Positions 1 through 27,372 of a stretch of DNA of 64,000 bases are shown one piece after another. The DNA comes from Paraspadella gotoi (taxonomy: Eukaryota > Animalia > Chaetognatha): NCBI GenBank assembly GCA_051294375.1, contig CM119268.1, positions 18,804,615 through 18,868,614 of the forward strand, written 5' to 3'. The notes under the pieces are model-generated. The model saw nothing but the letters and a program-made list of their open reading frames with translations, searched no databases and had not been told where the DNA came from. Every line of letters starts with the position of its first letter. Position 1 is the first letter of the stretch. Position numbers and translations under genes: made by a program.

Positions 1-361
1 AGGTGGAAAACTGCTTTTTTTTCCTTTCGTTATGAGTCATTAGCGAGATTACGTTTTTGTGATGCAATGTTAGTGATGTCCTTTTTTATTATCGTCAATT
101 CTGTAAGTCAAATCGTCGTTATGACAATCATAATTACCTCTATAATTAATATAAAGTTATAAAAATAACATTATCATTAACATTATCGTCATCATTACAT
201 TAACGTCGTGATAAACTTTGATTATCATCGTCATCGTCATCACTCTCATTATCATCAACAACTCTCAACATTATCATCGTCAAAATGAACATCAGCACCC
301 GCATTATCATCATCAATTGGATTAGACCATCATCATCAGCACCAACCTCACCATTATCCAC

Positions 362-1204
362 TAAGGCGTAGTGAAAGTTACGTACGAAAATTCTAAAGGT
401 CAATATGAACAACATACCATCAGTGAACATTAATTTGTAAAAAAAAATAATTTATTGTTTTTTAATTTTCGCAGTAGGCTATATTTATATATAGTAGTAC
501 TATCCTTATAAAATCGAAAAATTTCAAAATAGGCTTTTCTTAATTTGATTGCAGATTTGAATTCCTCGTCAAAAGTTGATAAAAGAAAATATAAATTATT
601 TTTAAAAATTCTTTATTAAGTGGGTTAAAAATTACAAAAACTATATTTAATATATAAAAAGAGTAATTTTCAGCTTAAAATATATTTTTCTAATTTTTTG
701 ACCCACTTAATGAAGGATTTTTTTAAAAAGGAGGGTAGCCTGTGATACCCGGGGCGCGGGGTATCTCACTAACTGGCGTAGGGGCTGCGGACCCTCAGTG
801 ACCGCCTCCTGTCACTGGCATGTTTATACCGGCACCGTCACATTTAAGCCAGAACGGGATTACCCAGGATTGAACCCGGGACGCACGATGGAATGAAGAT
901 GATTTTAGCCTGCTCAGCCATTGAGACAAGGCGGAGGACGGACAGCAGTGAGGCACTTTAAGTCTTGCGTGCCACAATATTCTTTTTATCAACTTTTTAT
1001 GACGGATCCAAATCTGCAAAAAACTCTTAGAAAAAACTGTTTTGAAATTTTAACATTTATTGGATTAGTACTAGTATAAATATGGCCTACTGCGTAAATT
1101 GTAAAATTTATTATAAATTTTTTTTATACATTAGTATAATGTTGTTCGTTCCTCACTTTTAGAATTTTAATTAAAGTTAAATTTAGAAATTTTACTACGC
1201 CTTA
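362..1204. mobile_element. Degenerate foldback/MITE-like non-autonomous DNA element in a tetraspanin intron
   Basis: Termini taaggcgtagt (362-372) and actacgcctta (1194-1204). Arms stay complementary inward (gcagtaggctatattt vs aaatatggcctactgc; gcagatttgaattcctcgtcaaaagttgataaaag vs ctttttatcaactttttatgacggatccaaatctgc). A second, inner palindrome lies at ~614-711. Confidence 0.6.
722..930 (-). mobile_element. tRNA-derived SINE-like insertion
   Basis: Minus strand reads an A-box-like TGGCTGAGCAGG (920-909), a B-box GGTTCAATCC (~876-867), a GC-rich body and an AT-rich tail. It interrupts the surrounding AT-rich foldback. Confidence 0.55.
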
Positions 1205-1228
1205 TTATCCACCCCACCCCACCTCAAG

Positions 1229-6024
<4,796 letters not shown>

Positions 6025-7741
6025 ACGGAGGCTACTACGAACAGGGTTTCTGGTGAAAACTACGATCAGGGTTACTGGTGAAATACAAAGGATTTCGTCT
6101 CGGTTTTGCGTTCGATAAGGGATTTTCTTTTTTTTTTATTCTCAAGAGTTTTATAATAATAATGTATAAATTCTTGTATGGCACTCTTGCACTTTCGGCC
6201 AATGCAATGATTTAGAAATGCCTGTTCAATATTCATATTTTTATTTTTAATTTGTCAAACAATTTATCAAATACAATCCAATTTAAATAATTTTTTTCTT
6301 CCGACCCGAACGCTGGGTTGTGGAACCCAGTTTAAAAACAGAAAAAGGAACGCCCAGTATATATACTTGGTTTAACGAATGAATTTACTTAACATATTGA
6401 ACAATTGTAAGTTCTACGACACTAAGTTATCGTTAAAGTTTTGTTTTAATAATATTTATATTCTTTTTGCATTTATAAAAGCAATGGTCTAAAATTTTGT
6501 AAGCGTTTCAAGCTATATTGCTTCATCTTTTTTACTATTTTTTATCCAGTGAGCTTTTTTGTTGATAGTCAAGGGTTTTGGTCAGACACAGTAATGTCCA
6601 GTAGTGTATGTCGCACATATTACCAAAAGTAACAATCAATTAATTTGGCTCAGAAACAATTTTGAAGGGACAAAATCAGCACGAGACGGTTTCGCCACGT
6701 TATTTTTCATTGTGTCCTACAGAAGGAACATGCACTTCTGAGAAGCCAATAGGTTCGCGAATTTTTTTTTTATCAATATTGTTAAGCACCAAAATGATTT
6801 CTGCTAAACATATAAGTAGTTCACTTCTAAACAGTCTACTGTGATAAGCGTAATTCCATCTAATATATTCTGAACAGGTTCTCAATAACTGATCGGAATA
6901 TTCGTGTAAAATATGTTTTATAAACTTTTTAACGACAAATCTTCATGGTCTTTGTCTTCCATGTCTTTTTTACTTTTATTACTTTTTCTTACTCGCCCCA
7001 TTGAATTGAGTCAATTTTTCAATTGTCCTTGTAACATTTATCGTCCGAAATAAAGAAACTAATTTGTCCTCGTTCGCGTTTAAATTTCCCAAAAATTGTT
7101 GTCCAGGAAGTTTTCATTAAAAAGTTAGTATCGCATATCATGATAAAGACACAAGGCAAAAAACTGTAAGCAGTAAAGTCAATTAGATTAAATTGGATCA
7201 AATCTAGCGACTTAAATAAAAAAGATTAAAAATCTCTTCCTAAAAAGATTCGTACTGAGCATTGAGCTGAGAGCAACGCTTAACCTTCTTCCTGCTTCTA
7301 GACAAATTCTTGGAATTCCGTTTTCCAAACTGGAAATTTATGAATGCTACGACATGGCAGGATATTTAGGGGCACGCGTGCATCGCATCGTCAAAGGCCG
7401 CCACCGCCGTCGAAAAGAGAAAGATTTTACATCATTTTTGATAAACAAGTAATGTAACTATAAATGAGTCTACTGAAATCTATTTCTCTGTATTTATTTA
7501 GCAAGTTATACTTTTGTCTATAGTCACTTTTCCATTCAGATAAAAAGGATGATGACAAAATTAATCAAATTTGAAAAGGTCTTGCATTTTCAAAGTTGTT
7601 AGTAAAAAGTTCTCTCGCTCTTGAAAAGCCTCAAAGCCAAAGGTGTGGGACGATAACTTCATTCATTCACAAATTTCGCTAAAATTAGAAAAAAACACAA
7701 GTTTGAGCAAACAATTTCGGATCTGCCCACGATGATTAGCG

Positions 7742-7975
7742 TTGATTGATTGATTGATTGATTAATTGATAGATTGATTGATTGATTGATTGATTGATTA
7801 AATAATAAATTGTTAAATAAATTGATTGATTGAATAAAAAATTAATAGATAAATAAATTGATTGATTGAATAATTTATTTATTGATTAATTGACCGATTA
7901 ATTAACTATTGAATAATTAATTCACTAATTAATGAATTAACTGATTAATTATTTGATTAATTATTTGATTAATTA
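7742..7975. repeat. (GATT)n/ATTA-rich degenerate microsatellite
   Basis: ttgattgattgattgatt run decaying into attaattg variants. Confidence 0.8.
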
Positions 7976-8049
7976 ATACATCTCTTATTTACATTTAATA
8001 TAAAAAGAAAAAGAAGCATAATCAATGAGTGAAACAGGGTTTTTTTTTC

Positions 8050-8400
8050 AATTAAACTTTTTTCCACTCTGAAGATTCCATCGAAACTTGATTTCAAGCT
8101 TAATCTCACTTTTTTCTACCAAAATACAAAATTTCAAGTCATTCGCCCCATCTACTTTTGAGTAATTTGCTTTCAAATAGTGAAATAAATTTTTTTTTTT
8201 TTTTTTCATTTTCCATTTCACTTGCACGATTCTATCAAAACCTACCCACACACAAAATTTCATTCCAATCCATCCATCCAATCACGAATAATTTGGGTTT
8301 TTTTCTATGGTGGGCAGACGGACGGACAGACAGACGGACGGACGGACATAATTTGTTTTGCATAATTTTTCATAATTCGATGTTCTAACATTATATAAGT
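8050..8400. mobile_element. Helentron-associated (DINE-1/HINE-like) non-autonomous element fragment
   Basis: Internal cagacggacggacagacagacggacggac microsatellite, typical of HINEs. Body motifs cttgcacgattctatc and cccacacacaaaattt recur in reverse orientation at ~26540-26730. Confidence 0.5.
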
Positions 8401-8494
8401 GAATGCCCGACGGACCGACAAAGTAAATTAGAGAATCGGGATCTGCTGAAAAGCAGATCCAACTAAAAACAAAACGGGAACGGACGAGACGAAT

Positions 8495-8536
<42 letters not shown>

Positions 8537-9729
8537 ACACACACACACACACACTCCCTCTTTTTGTGCCTTAGTGTAAGAAAAACGTAAATACTTCATA
8601 AATTTATGCAGTAAATTTAAATTTAAACTATCGTAAAACTGCCGGAAAGAAAATCACCCGATTATTATTAGTAATAATATTTGATAATGAAAGCTGGAGT
8701 AAATTTCGTTTTCAAATAAATACTCATGCATGATTAAGGGAAAAAAAGAGATGAAAAGAAAGAAAGCCTTTGAAATCACTTGAGGTTTTTTTTTTTTCTC
8801 GAATTCTTTTAACCACATCGTTAAACATCCGGACTGCTGCTGTTGTTGTAGTTGTTGTTGTTGTCGTTCAAAAAAAACCGAGACGAACGCAGGGATTTTA
8901 TAACCGAAGACTCAACTGATTTTCTCGACGACGCAATTGATGGAGTTGACGGCGGACTGATGTTTTAGTGTCGTGATGTAGTGGTCATTTTTTCTCGTCG
9001 AAACAAAATATTTCACAAAATTCCGTCACTGCAACAGATCGAACAATGAATCATTAAGTCACAAAAGGTTCGCTGGAGAGTTAAATGATTTATCTACGAA
9101 ATTCAACGAAGCTCAAAATCACTCTTACGAGGCTGACTTCGAATTTAGCGAAAGTTATAAAGTTTTAAACGAAGAATCAAATATAAAAAAGCGAATTAAT
9201 AAAATCAGGAAAAAAACAGCGAAAAATGATTTAGCGGATTCGACGGGGAAAAAAATAACAAGTAATCAAATGGAAATTTATTTCGTCCGATTTGATCTTT
9301 TTTTTTTCTTTGCGCAAAACATTTCATTGACGCAAAAACTCATTAATTATTAAGGGAAAATTTGGGAAGGGTTTTATACCAGGAAGGAGGGGGAATTAAC
9401 AAGTCAATAACCAAGCGTTACAGAGAATTTATTGGTGGTATTTCATAATGGGTTTATTAATGTTAAAAAGGCATGTTAACCGGTCTTTGCGAGAGTCAAT
9501 ACTTTAATTTTTATAGAGCTGAATCAAAGGAAAACAAACAATGACCGACAGCACTTAAATCTAATTAATGTTGAAAAGTGGATCGATTTTTTTTTTATAT
9601 AGCCACAAAAAAAAAAATAAGAAAAAAAATAAGAAAAAAAATTACAAAAAAATATTATCACAGTAAGACCATGAAGAGAGCTCCCTGAAGGATGAAGCTG
9701 TGTAGTGAATTTCGATCCTCTTGTTTTAA

Positions 9730-9819
<90 letters not shown>

Positions 9820-11056
9820 AGAGAGAGGAAAAAAAATTTAATCTTTAGAATAAAGGCAGACGATTCGTTTATTAAAAACAGGTGATGACGATATTCGCCT
9901 CTCACTGTACTACTCTTTACTTATTAAACTCGTCTTTAAAAAAAGAAAATAAAGAAAGAAAACAAAGTAACAAATGGTAAACAAAAAAAAAGGATGAAAG
10001 ACATCGTCGTCTTTATCGTCGTCGTCTTCATCGTCGTCGTACAACAGCAAAAAACAACAATCGGTCGTCATCCGAAAAAAAATATTCATACAAACAAAAG
10101 GAAAGACGAACAAGCAGTCTTAAGACTTAAACTAAATACGTAAAGTATGTAAACAAAACAAAGGACGAAGTCTCGATTTCTGAATAACCATAACAACCGC
10201 TCATTATCAACATAAACAATGTCATCCTCAAGTTTCTCTCTCTTTCACAAATTTTCGAATTTCAAGAAATATTAACTCGAAAAATTCTTTTTTTTTTGTT
10301 CATTTCTTTACGTCTAGGACATAAATTTTCGATTTTGATATTTTATATTTTTAAAGTACGGAAATCTTAAAAGAATTTGGTTTCTGCTTTGTAGGTTTTT
10401 TTCATTTTCAATTTAACTCTTTTTACGACGAGAAGACGGAAAGTCTTTCCATATATTTTTTATAATATTTTTAAAAAAGAATGAAGAGTTTTGAAAAAAT
10501 ACAGTTTTATACACCGCTAAACCCAACGTGACAGGAACTCTCGTTATATGAACCTCTTATGTTCAATTTTTTTAAACTTCTTTCACCATAGGTATTTATA
10601 GAAGCCCTAATGATAAGCAGTAACAAAATATTATCATCGAATAAACTAGAACTTAGGATGTCATCCCTTTACTGCTAAAAGTCACTCCTACTTTGTGATA
10701 CATCAAAAACAAGGGTTAAGTGACATAAACTACAGGCTGCAGAGAAACTACTAGTGCAGCCAGACCCTGAGTTCCCGTTGAAATGTATGTATGTGCGACT
10801 TTATTTTTAGCTTTTTGATCGCGAGCGGACGCGAATCACAATTCATCAAGAAGACTAAATCTCAAACTAAAAATGTTAAAAAAATACTGAAAGAATTTAA
10901 CGAAATCTAAACTGACAAAAATTGGACTGTGGATAATTTTTCGAATATAAAACGAAAACAAATCTTTAAGAATTTCGACATTTACATCATCGAACAAAAG
11001 CAACATCATTTTAGTACTTCAATTATTCGCTAGAGGCCGTCTATTGGAAATCAACA

Positions 11057-18995
<7,939 letters not shown>

Positions 18996-19403
18996 GTGAG
19001 TCCTTATTGAATTAATTTATATTACTGATTTTAAATAATTGAAGCTTGACTAATAAATATGATGAAAATCTTAATAGCTGCTTAACTAAAAATGAAGCCG
19101 ATTTGCTTTTTTCCCTTCATTAGTGTCAATTTTATGAAAACTGAAAAAAAAATGACATAAAATCACCAACGTCTCTTTCGTTGCAAAGGAACTTTGAATG
19201 TTTAATCAGCTTTCATGTGTAATTTAAAAAAAAAATAAAAAAGGCACAAAACAGTAAAGACACGCGGGAAAGCTTTTAAAATTTATATATATACAAGGGC
19301 GGGTTGTACTTTTAAGTTTTAAGTCTATAGAGATCTTTAGAGATTACAGAAAAAAAATTTCTGGATCTAAAGTTTTTTTGTTTTTTTTTTCTTTTCAATT
19401 TCG

Positions 19404-20264
19404 ATGCAATCCTGGTGGCTGTTGACTCTCGTCACTACGACGACGACCTCGACGACGACGACCTCGACGACGACGACGACGACGACGTTAAAGAAAAGCT
19501 CAAAGAGAGGAAAGCAGGACGAACTCGATTTCAACGACCCACATTCGTCTGCCGGTAAGTGAAAATAGTCTGGAAAAAAGTGGAAGAGGAAAAAATTTAA
19601 AAAAGGAAGAGAGAAAAAAAAGTTTGTTTGCTTCGCTTATTTGCTTTTTTACACTTATTTTTCTTTTTCTTTTTTTAATATTTAAATTTTCTTCGTCCCA
19701 TTTTTTTCGTGTTTTGTTCCAAGTAAAAATTTATTTTCTTTTCTTTTTTTAGCTAATACGTTTAATCTCTAAAGCTGTCAGTGTTAGGAAACCTGGATAC
19801 CTGGTCCTTTGATAAACTAAAGGTTTAAATTATAAATGAATGTAAAAAAAAGGATTTAGTTTATATTTACTTAAATCTTACATAAACTTTAGAGCCGCTT
19901 CGCTTCCAACCTCAAATTATAAATAGCCAACTAGCAAAAATGTGATAAAGAGAAATCTCTATAGTTCACTCAACCCTATTGCATTGAATGACATATCAAT
20001 TTCTTCAGAACAGTTTTGATTAGTAACATCTTTGATCTAAAATTCATTCGGAAGCGCGAAACTTTTCAAATTTATTCCATTGATCCAAACGGCTGTTCCA
20101 TTCATCCAATTTACTTGAGCGACATTAAATCCGATCTTTTCATATTCAAATCCGGATCAATAAATAAACACCTCTTTCTGTCATTCTAATTCTCTCTTTC
20201 TGTCATTCTAAGTCCCTCTTTCTGTCATGTCTTTCTGTCACCAGAATCTCTTTTTTATATCAAC

Positions 20265-20342
<78 letters not shown>

Positions 20343-20807
20343 CACTTTATGGTCTCTCTGAATTTTTTGTCTAATACTTTTTCTAACTGTTTACTTTTCC
20401 TTTGTTACCACATTTTCCTTTCTCCCTTTCCTTCCTTTTTCCTCTTCTCCCACAAAAAAAATAATAGGGAATTTTTTTTTATTAGACCGTTACAACTCGT
20501 CGTCTCTGCTCATCGGCCACGCCCAAACGCCAATCGACCAATCAAAGAGCGAGGATTCGCCGAGGGAATTAAAGCTCGGCCAATCGGAAGAAAGAGAGTG
20601 CGACGACGAAGAAGGAGTGAAAGTCGAAGAGAACGACGAAAGTCAATGGCGACGTCCAAGGCGACGAAAAAGCCTTGAAGAAAAAGGTGGGACGACGATG
20701 AAGACGACGACGAGAAAGATGATGATGATGACGACGACAATGACGGCGACGACGATGATGACGACGAAAAAATTCGGAAGTCGGTGACGCGAAAGGAGAA
20801 AGGTGAA

Positions 20808-20842
<35 letters not shown>

Positions 20843-21455
20843 CGACATGGAAACGTTTTACCGCTCAATTTCTTTCCCTTCCAAATAATTTGTTTTTATT
20901 ACCAAAAATTTTTTTTTTGACACTTTAAATTCTTATCCACAGTTTCCTTTTAAGAGGAGTTATTTTTTTACTTTTTTATATTTGGCGCAAATTTCTATTC
21001 ATATATTTCCTCAATTCCCTCTAATTCACCCCTTCCTCCACCCAGCTCTCCTCCCTTCCACTCCAGCACCCTTCGCTCCTGCTCCCCCCTCCTCCACCGC
21101 CATGTCCTTCTTCCGCTCCATCTCCCTCAAAGCCCTCAACAGAAAGGATGATTCCTCATCCTCCTCTTCCTCCTCCTCCTCCAAAGACCGGAAATCCGGT
21201 GACCGTCGCTCCTTGCTCCTCGGGGCCACGAGTCGGGCAGAAGCTCGGGCTGAACGGGCAAAGGCCGCCCGATCGATGGACCGCCTGTCCGAGTCGCCGG
21301 AACCGCCGCCGGTGAAGTCGGCGAAAAAGTCCTGGGCGACCGGAAAGAAAAAATCGTTCGATGCTCTTTTGAATATCGAAGCGAAACCGGAGGCGCGGGC
21401 CAACGCGACATCTCGCGGATCGGACGGAGAACCGAAACAAAAGATCGACGACGCG
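19404..21455 (+). CDS. Module B; exons 19404-19554, 20486-20686, 21046-21455
   Basis: MQSWWLLTLVTTT..DPHSSA|gtaagt (phase 1), then DRYNSSSLLIG..RRRKSLEEK|gtggga (201 nt, phase 1-1), then ALLPSTPAP..MSFFRSISLKALNRK..QKIDDA|gtaagt (phase 0). All join in frame. Confidence 0.65.
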
Positions 21456-21884
21456 GTAAGTGTTGGCGCTGGGAAAAGGATGTTGCGTTCTGCCAGTAGT
21501 TAAGGGACACGTCACGATACATATTACATTGTGCCAGGTCGAGTCAACTTTTTGCGACTTCCTCCTCGTCGGAAACAGTTTCCTCTTTTTAAGTTTTAAT
21601 ACAAAACAAAATATAAATGTAGAAGTTTAGTCTTAAAACGGCGATAACACTCGCTATATTTAATAATAGAGGTCGTGAAAAATAAGATAATATAAATAAT
21701 ATAAATAGTACCAGAAATCAGAGAGTAAAGAAATGTAAAACAATAAGACTAAGAACGACTTAAAAAACAAATTGAACATCTGGGTTTGTGGCGCGAACTT
21801 CGGAATGAAATTCTGCTCTCTGGGGGAGTGAGACTTTCCATGATCAGGTTATGGATGAAGAGATTTGAAGGATCAGGTGTCTCT

Positions 21885-21937
<53 letters not shown>

Positions 21938-22544
21938 TTTTTTCAAGCTTGAAGAAACTTAAAACATAATGTATATTGTTATTGATTTAATTATTTTCCC
22001 TGCATGTTTTTACAAAATGATTAACGATTGACGATTTGACGATTTCCGCTGAACTAATTTTCCGCGCCGCAAACTACATTGTAACCAGTTTGGTCGCGTC
22101 CAAGAAATTCAGCTCAACTGTGATGAGTCAACTGGTCGATGGTTGATTTTTCATTTTAAACTGAAACAAATTTTACTGACTTCTGATTAAATGATTATTA
22201 TTCAAGAATAAGGCGGTCATCCTCTCTTAATTCAATAGCCTCTGAAAAACAATAGGAAACAGCAATTTTCATTTTCCTTTTTTTTTTTATTAAATACTTT
22301 CAAATAACTCGCCCCAGATTTCGAAAAGATTACGAATAAAAATTAAGAAGAAAGGAACCAAAACCGGTTTTTTTTCTTTATCTCAAATTTTCCAGTTATT
22401 TCTGTCAATTTTTGTTGCTTTTGTTGCTTTCAATTTGTTTAAACATTTTAAAAGTTTTGGAAACGAGAAATTAATAAAAATAGTAATAAAAATACTAATT
22501 CATAAAACGAACGATAATCAAAACTAGATAACCATTCGTTCATC

Positions 22545-22835
22545 ATGGATATTCCTGAAAACCAGGTAGGTTAGAGATGAAATAATTATGATTATTTTAA
22601 AGAGACTGTGTTAATATTAAACATCACAGTTCAGCTGAATCGACAGCTTTTATCACGTTTAACCCACTAACTTTTGACATTAACCCTTACCCTCCTCACA
22701 TCCGCACACATTGACCTTTTTGCTGGGACGTTTTCTCAGTTTTTGGATCTGGTACAGAAATCCGCTTCGACCGCAAACAAGAAAAAGAAACTCAAACTAA
22801 ATGTTTCCTTCAAAAAAACTAAAAATCCTCCGAAG
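22545..22835 (+). CDS. Module D (short basic N-terminus); exons 22545-22565 and 22740-22835
   Basis: ATG GAT ATT CCT GAA AAC CAG|gtaggt (MDIPENQ), then ttttctcag|FLDLVQKSASTANKKKKLKLNVSFKKTKNPPK|gtaaaa; both phase 0. Short, so chance cannot be excluded. Confidence 0.45.
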
Positions 22836-23944
22836 GTAAAACAACGAATGATTTGAAATTTCCCTTTTATTTTAATTTCCTAAGGTGACAAAGTGTAAAC
22901 AAGATGGAGGGTGATAATTTCGTCTCCAAAAGTCTTAAAAAACCTTTTTCGATTATTTCGTTAGGGTTATTTAATCATTTGAAAAAAAATTATTTTGAGC
23001 GATCATTCCTAATTAACTTTTGTGATTCGAAAATACATCCCTATGGTGATTCTATTTTCTCTCTTTATTTCACTCCTTTTTTTACAAGATTTTCACCCAT
23101 CGCACCGTAGTGGATAGAATTTTTCTTTTTTCCCCCCACCTTCCGTCCGGTCCACTCAACCACCTTCCCCACGCTTTCCGTCCTCTACCATTCTGACTCT
23201 GTTTCAAGGGGAAAATACGTTTTCGTTGCGAAGTCACGAAAATCCACGCTTTTTTGTTTTACTTCAATTTTCTTTTTTCGACTTCGAATGACGAAATATT
23301 TTCATATTTATTGTCAAAATTTTTATTTGAAATTTTATTTCTTTGGTTGGTGTAGGAGTAAGCATGATTAAATATGAGTAAATCGTGGAGTCTAATAAAA
23401 TTTTAATTTTGAAAGAAAACACTAAAATTGAATCCCTTATGAAATACAACACATACAAAACTTGCCATGTTAAAAAGAAAAAAGTACTTTTCTCTCTGTT
23501 TATTCTCTCTGTTTACATTAATCACATTAAATGTAAAGATGTTCAGGTATTTCGCAATCTGTCCGTGAGTCAACATTGGAAAATCGCTCGTCGCACGCTA
23601 TTTGAAATTGAAGGCGCCGTATTTTACTTTGGTTTCTAAATATTTTACCAATAGAAAGAAAAAATCAAAAAAAAAAGAAATCCAGAGAAATTGGGAAATG
23701 TTTGCGTCTCATGTTTTCGTTTCAGTAAGAAAAAAAACACTTCGAATTACATTTACGAGGGCGAATGTAACCCAATTCTCCACAGATGGGGACGACTTTT
23801 TTTTCTTGAAATAAAACAGCAAAAACATCATGACCTAACAAGTTATTCTATATCTTTCTATTTTGATTTAAGATTATGTTCCTTCAAAATTAAAGTCTGA
23901 TAAGATCATACTATATGTAGATCTAAAACTACTATATGTAACTC

Positions 23945-24100
23945 TTGAAACCCCCTCACCATTTCCGGGCTGGAAACCAAGGTTCAGTGGTCGCTCCACT
24001 CTAAAGGCAGGTTCGGACGAACCTGGGATTGAACCCGATACCATATGGTAATAAGTAGTTGATTAACAGATAGCTTTATTCAATTAGGCACTGGGTCACG
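23945..24100 (-). mobile_element. Possible decayed tRNA-derived SINE
   Basis: gggattgaaccc (24025-24036) is the reverse complement of the B-box GGGTTCAATCCC. The A-box is poor. A similar lone B-box lies near 25630. Confidence 0.3.
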
Positions 24101-26379
24101 AGAATTGTTTAGAGGCGGTGTGAACTTGGGCAATGCCCGCTACATACTATATTTGAATACTCAATTTTCGCCGCCTTTTCAGACGACACACTCTAAAGAT
24201 AAACATTAGGTCCAAAAAAAAAAATAGAAAAGATAAGAAAAAAAGGTGAATTGAAAAAAATCTGAGAGAAATTTGGGGCGCGTCGTTATACACACTTTGC
24301 CTTTAACTCTCAAATTCGTTTATAAATTTGACTTTTCTCCAAAAATGAAAAAAAAAAAACTTACGTTTATTACTTTTTCCTTAACCACTTAAATAATTTT
24401 TTCAAAGGCGGAAAACCTTTTTAAAACTCATCTTCAAGATACAGTACGCGGTCTTGGCTTTCATTCATAAGTCCAGGGAAGCTATATCTTCTATAATAAT
24501 GAATGGAATGACTTGATATGCATGTGTGGGATGGAACTCGGTATGGTCTATTCCCCATTCTATATTTAAAAAAAAAATTTGAAGTTTTGTTTTGAGAGCA
24601 TTATTTTTAAACAAAAATTTAATTTGCATACTCTGCTCAAAATACTTGAACGATATAATTTTTTTTCTCACTAAAAATTAATCTAACATTTTGGTCTAAT
24701 GGTAAGTGTTAGACCGAATAAAAAAAAATTTTATTTATATAACATAGTTGCTAATTATAATAATTAGCTTATTTATTTTTTTTTTATTTTATTAGTTCAA
24801 CTTTTTTTATAGAAATTAATAGTTGATTGATAGGAAATTATTAATTATTCTGTAATCAAATTATATATTATTATTTTTTATAATAAACTAAATAGTGATT
24901 TTTAATATATTACTACAATAATGATTTTTTGATAAATAATATTTTTTTTAAAAAAAAATTTATGCCAAACTATTGGTGAAATGTTTACTGAGATTACAAA
25001 TATATAATTTTTTAAAAATTTGGATAACCCTTTAACGAAATACAGACCCAAAAAAGCCCTAAAAATGGTTAAAAACACCTATTTTTTAAACCTTTCTAAA
25101 AACTGCAATAACACGAATTTTCAACTCAAATTTTGTAAGGTATGTTAGAATTGGTAGTATTTTATTGCCTGAAAAAAATCAGAGACGTAGTAATAATTTT
25201 TACCTAATTAATACAGATTAAATAGGGAAGACGTCCTAAGAAATTCAGGTAATTTAAATTTTGCTGAGGTCGTTAAGTTTTCCTCTGTATTTTTTTCTAT
25301 CTCTTTGTTTCTTTCTTCTTTTATTACCTCTCCCTTTTTTTTAACTTCATTCTCTCTCTCTTTAAAAAATGAAGAAAGGTGTGAATTTTATCAAGGATAT
25401 GATGCGCTTTCAAAAACGGAAGTGGCCGGAGGAGGGCGATATAGTAGGAATCAGTGATATCACTAATACAGAATATTTCATGTAATGTCTGCTTGTTTTC
25501 GAATGAACTTTGCAGAGTAGTGATCAACAATAAGAATGTTTGTTATACATAGAAATATCTTAGCTATGTAGTCATGTGATAAGGGAAATACACGTAAAAA
25601 GAAAGTCATTGCAGCGCAACGCATTATGTGGATTTGAACCCGAGACAGCTAATCCCACAAGTATTTGCCTCAGCTAATGTCGCAACTCTATAGATAATGT
25701 TATTTGTAGAACTTTAATAACTTAAAACGTTTTATTTTGTTTTAACTTTTGTTTTATCAAACAAATGATCAACTCTAATCTTTCAGTAAATGAGCTGATT
25801 CATAAATTTCATCTCCATCTAGCTTAGAATCCGATTTTCAAGATAACAAATAATTAAAACTGACTTCAAATCTCAGCAGTCTTATTAATTTAAATTATTA
25901 CTCTCCGTTATCGTCTTATTATTTTTACTGAGTCTTTAATATTACATAATTGATTGATTGTTTGTTCATGTAGATATTCAGATTTCTTGCTGGCAAAAGT
26001 AATATGTGAGAGAGTCTTGATTGAAAGCTTACAGGGACCTGCTGTATGTCATTATCTTGTAAGAGTGATGGAGGCCTTAAACCACCAAAGCTGTCCAAAG
26101 TCAGGGGCAAGATAGCTTATTTAATTAAATGAATGGATAATTTTTATATTTGGTTGTACCAATTTCATGAATATCTATATGCTTTGATTATTTTATTAAG
26201 GTCACATCTTATTACATTAACCAAGCAAGTTGGTTACATTGAACTTTTACCTCAAGCTGATAACTTTGCCTAGCAGAGCGTCAACGTAGGACCTATTTCT
26301 TTTTCTTTCTTCTTATCTTTCTTTTTTCTTTCTATGACTATCGTCATCTATCAAATTTGTACACAATAAAAAGAAAAGA

Positions 26380-27130
26380 AAATGGAATGACTTTGAATGG
26401 AAAAACATAAGTCACATTTAGTTTAATCCTTTTTACTAATTTCAACATATAATTACACAAAATTAATAATAATAATTAGATGATAGATTCAGATAATATT
26501 TTGTGTTGAGTAGGAAAGTTTTTTATGTGTTAAATATAAAGTTTCGATGGAATCGTGCAAGTGGAAAAGAGTTTAGGTAGAAAAAAACAAGTCATATTTA
26601 CCTAAACCTTTTTTATTATTTTTATTTTTTAAGAATTTTCATAGATTAACTGATATAAAATTTTGTGTGTGGGTAAGAAAGTGAGTCATTAAGCTTGCTA
26701 TAAGTTTCGGATGGAATCGTGCAAGTAAAAATGAGTTTTTAATAGAACAAGAACGGTAAATTCAAATGTGTTGTGCCGCAGTATCTGCCTTAATCACGTA
26801 TATTTTTCGTGACATGACATGCCATGATGTAATATGACATGATCTGACATAACATAACTTCATGAATACATAAAACTTTCTTAACCCATATATTTAGGAC
26901 CTGCACTACATCAAAATTCCGTCTTTTATTCCTTTTAGTTTTGGATTTTCTGAAGGCGGCGCTTTGCCAGTCTTTTAGATTTCAGGTTTTTTCTGTCTGA
27001 ACAAATGAGCAACCAAGTGGGACAATGCTGACGAACAGACATACCGACCGAACCATGGACCAGACGCGACCGACAAGTGACTTATAGAGCTGCTCCACTT
27101 GAGTACTCACGCACGCCCGGCACTAAAAAC
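26380..27130. mobile_element. Helentron/HINE-like pieces nested inside the Tc1 relic
   Basis: Two copies of gtttcgatggaatcgtgcaagt homologous (reverse) to the 8.1 kb element. Ends in ccgaccga..gacaagtgacttatagagctgct..cactaaaaa, resembling HINE termini. Confidence 0.4.
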
Positions 27131-27277
27131 AAAAGTCACATTTTACTGAATTATTAAAGTCCTCTCTCTCTATCTCTACAGTAAATAAATTGAGGCGACT
27201 TACTATCTAGGAAAAAAAGTATGTAACATAATTCATTTATTTAATAAAAAGTAAACAAAACTGTGTGTAAAACATTC

Positions 27278-27372
27278 TTAATATTTGGTATGCCCTTTCT
27301 TGGCATCGAGTACTGCCTGCATTCGTCTGGCATGCTCTCATACAGCAAATTGAGGTATGACAGTGAAATTTT
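27278..27372 (-). pseudogene. Tc1-type transposase C-terminal remnant
   Basis: Minus strand reads ISLSYLNLLYESMP(frameshift)RMQAVLDAKKGHTKY*, matching the conserved Tc1 C-terminus L..SMP.R..AV..A.GG.TKY. Confidence 0.75.

Noticed and set aside
860-930. tRNA gene
   Set aside because: A and B boxes are present but there is no convincing cloverleaf and it runs into an unrelated body; treated as a SINE head.
6500-6885. Possible piggyBac transposase C-terminal remnant on the minus strand (HVP..C.FC..C..LC)
   Set aside because: Several stops, imperfect Cys spacing and no TTAA-flanked termini found; too weak without a search.
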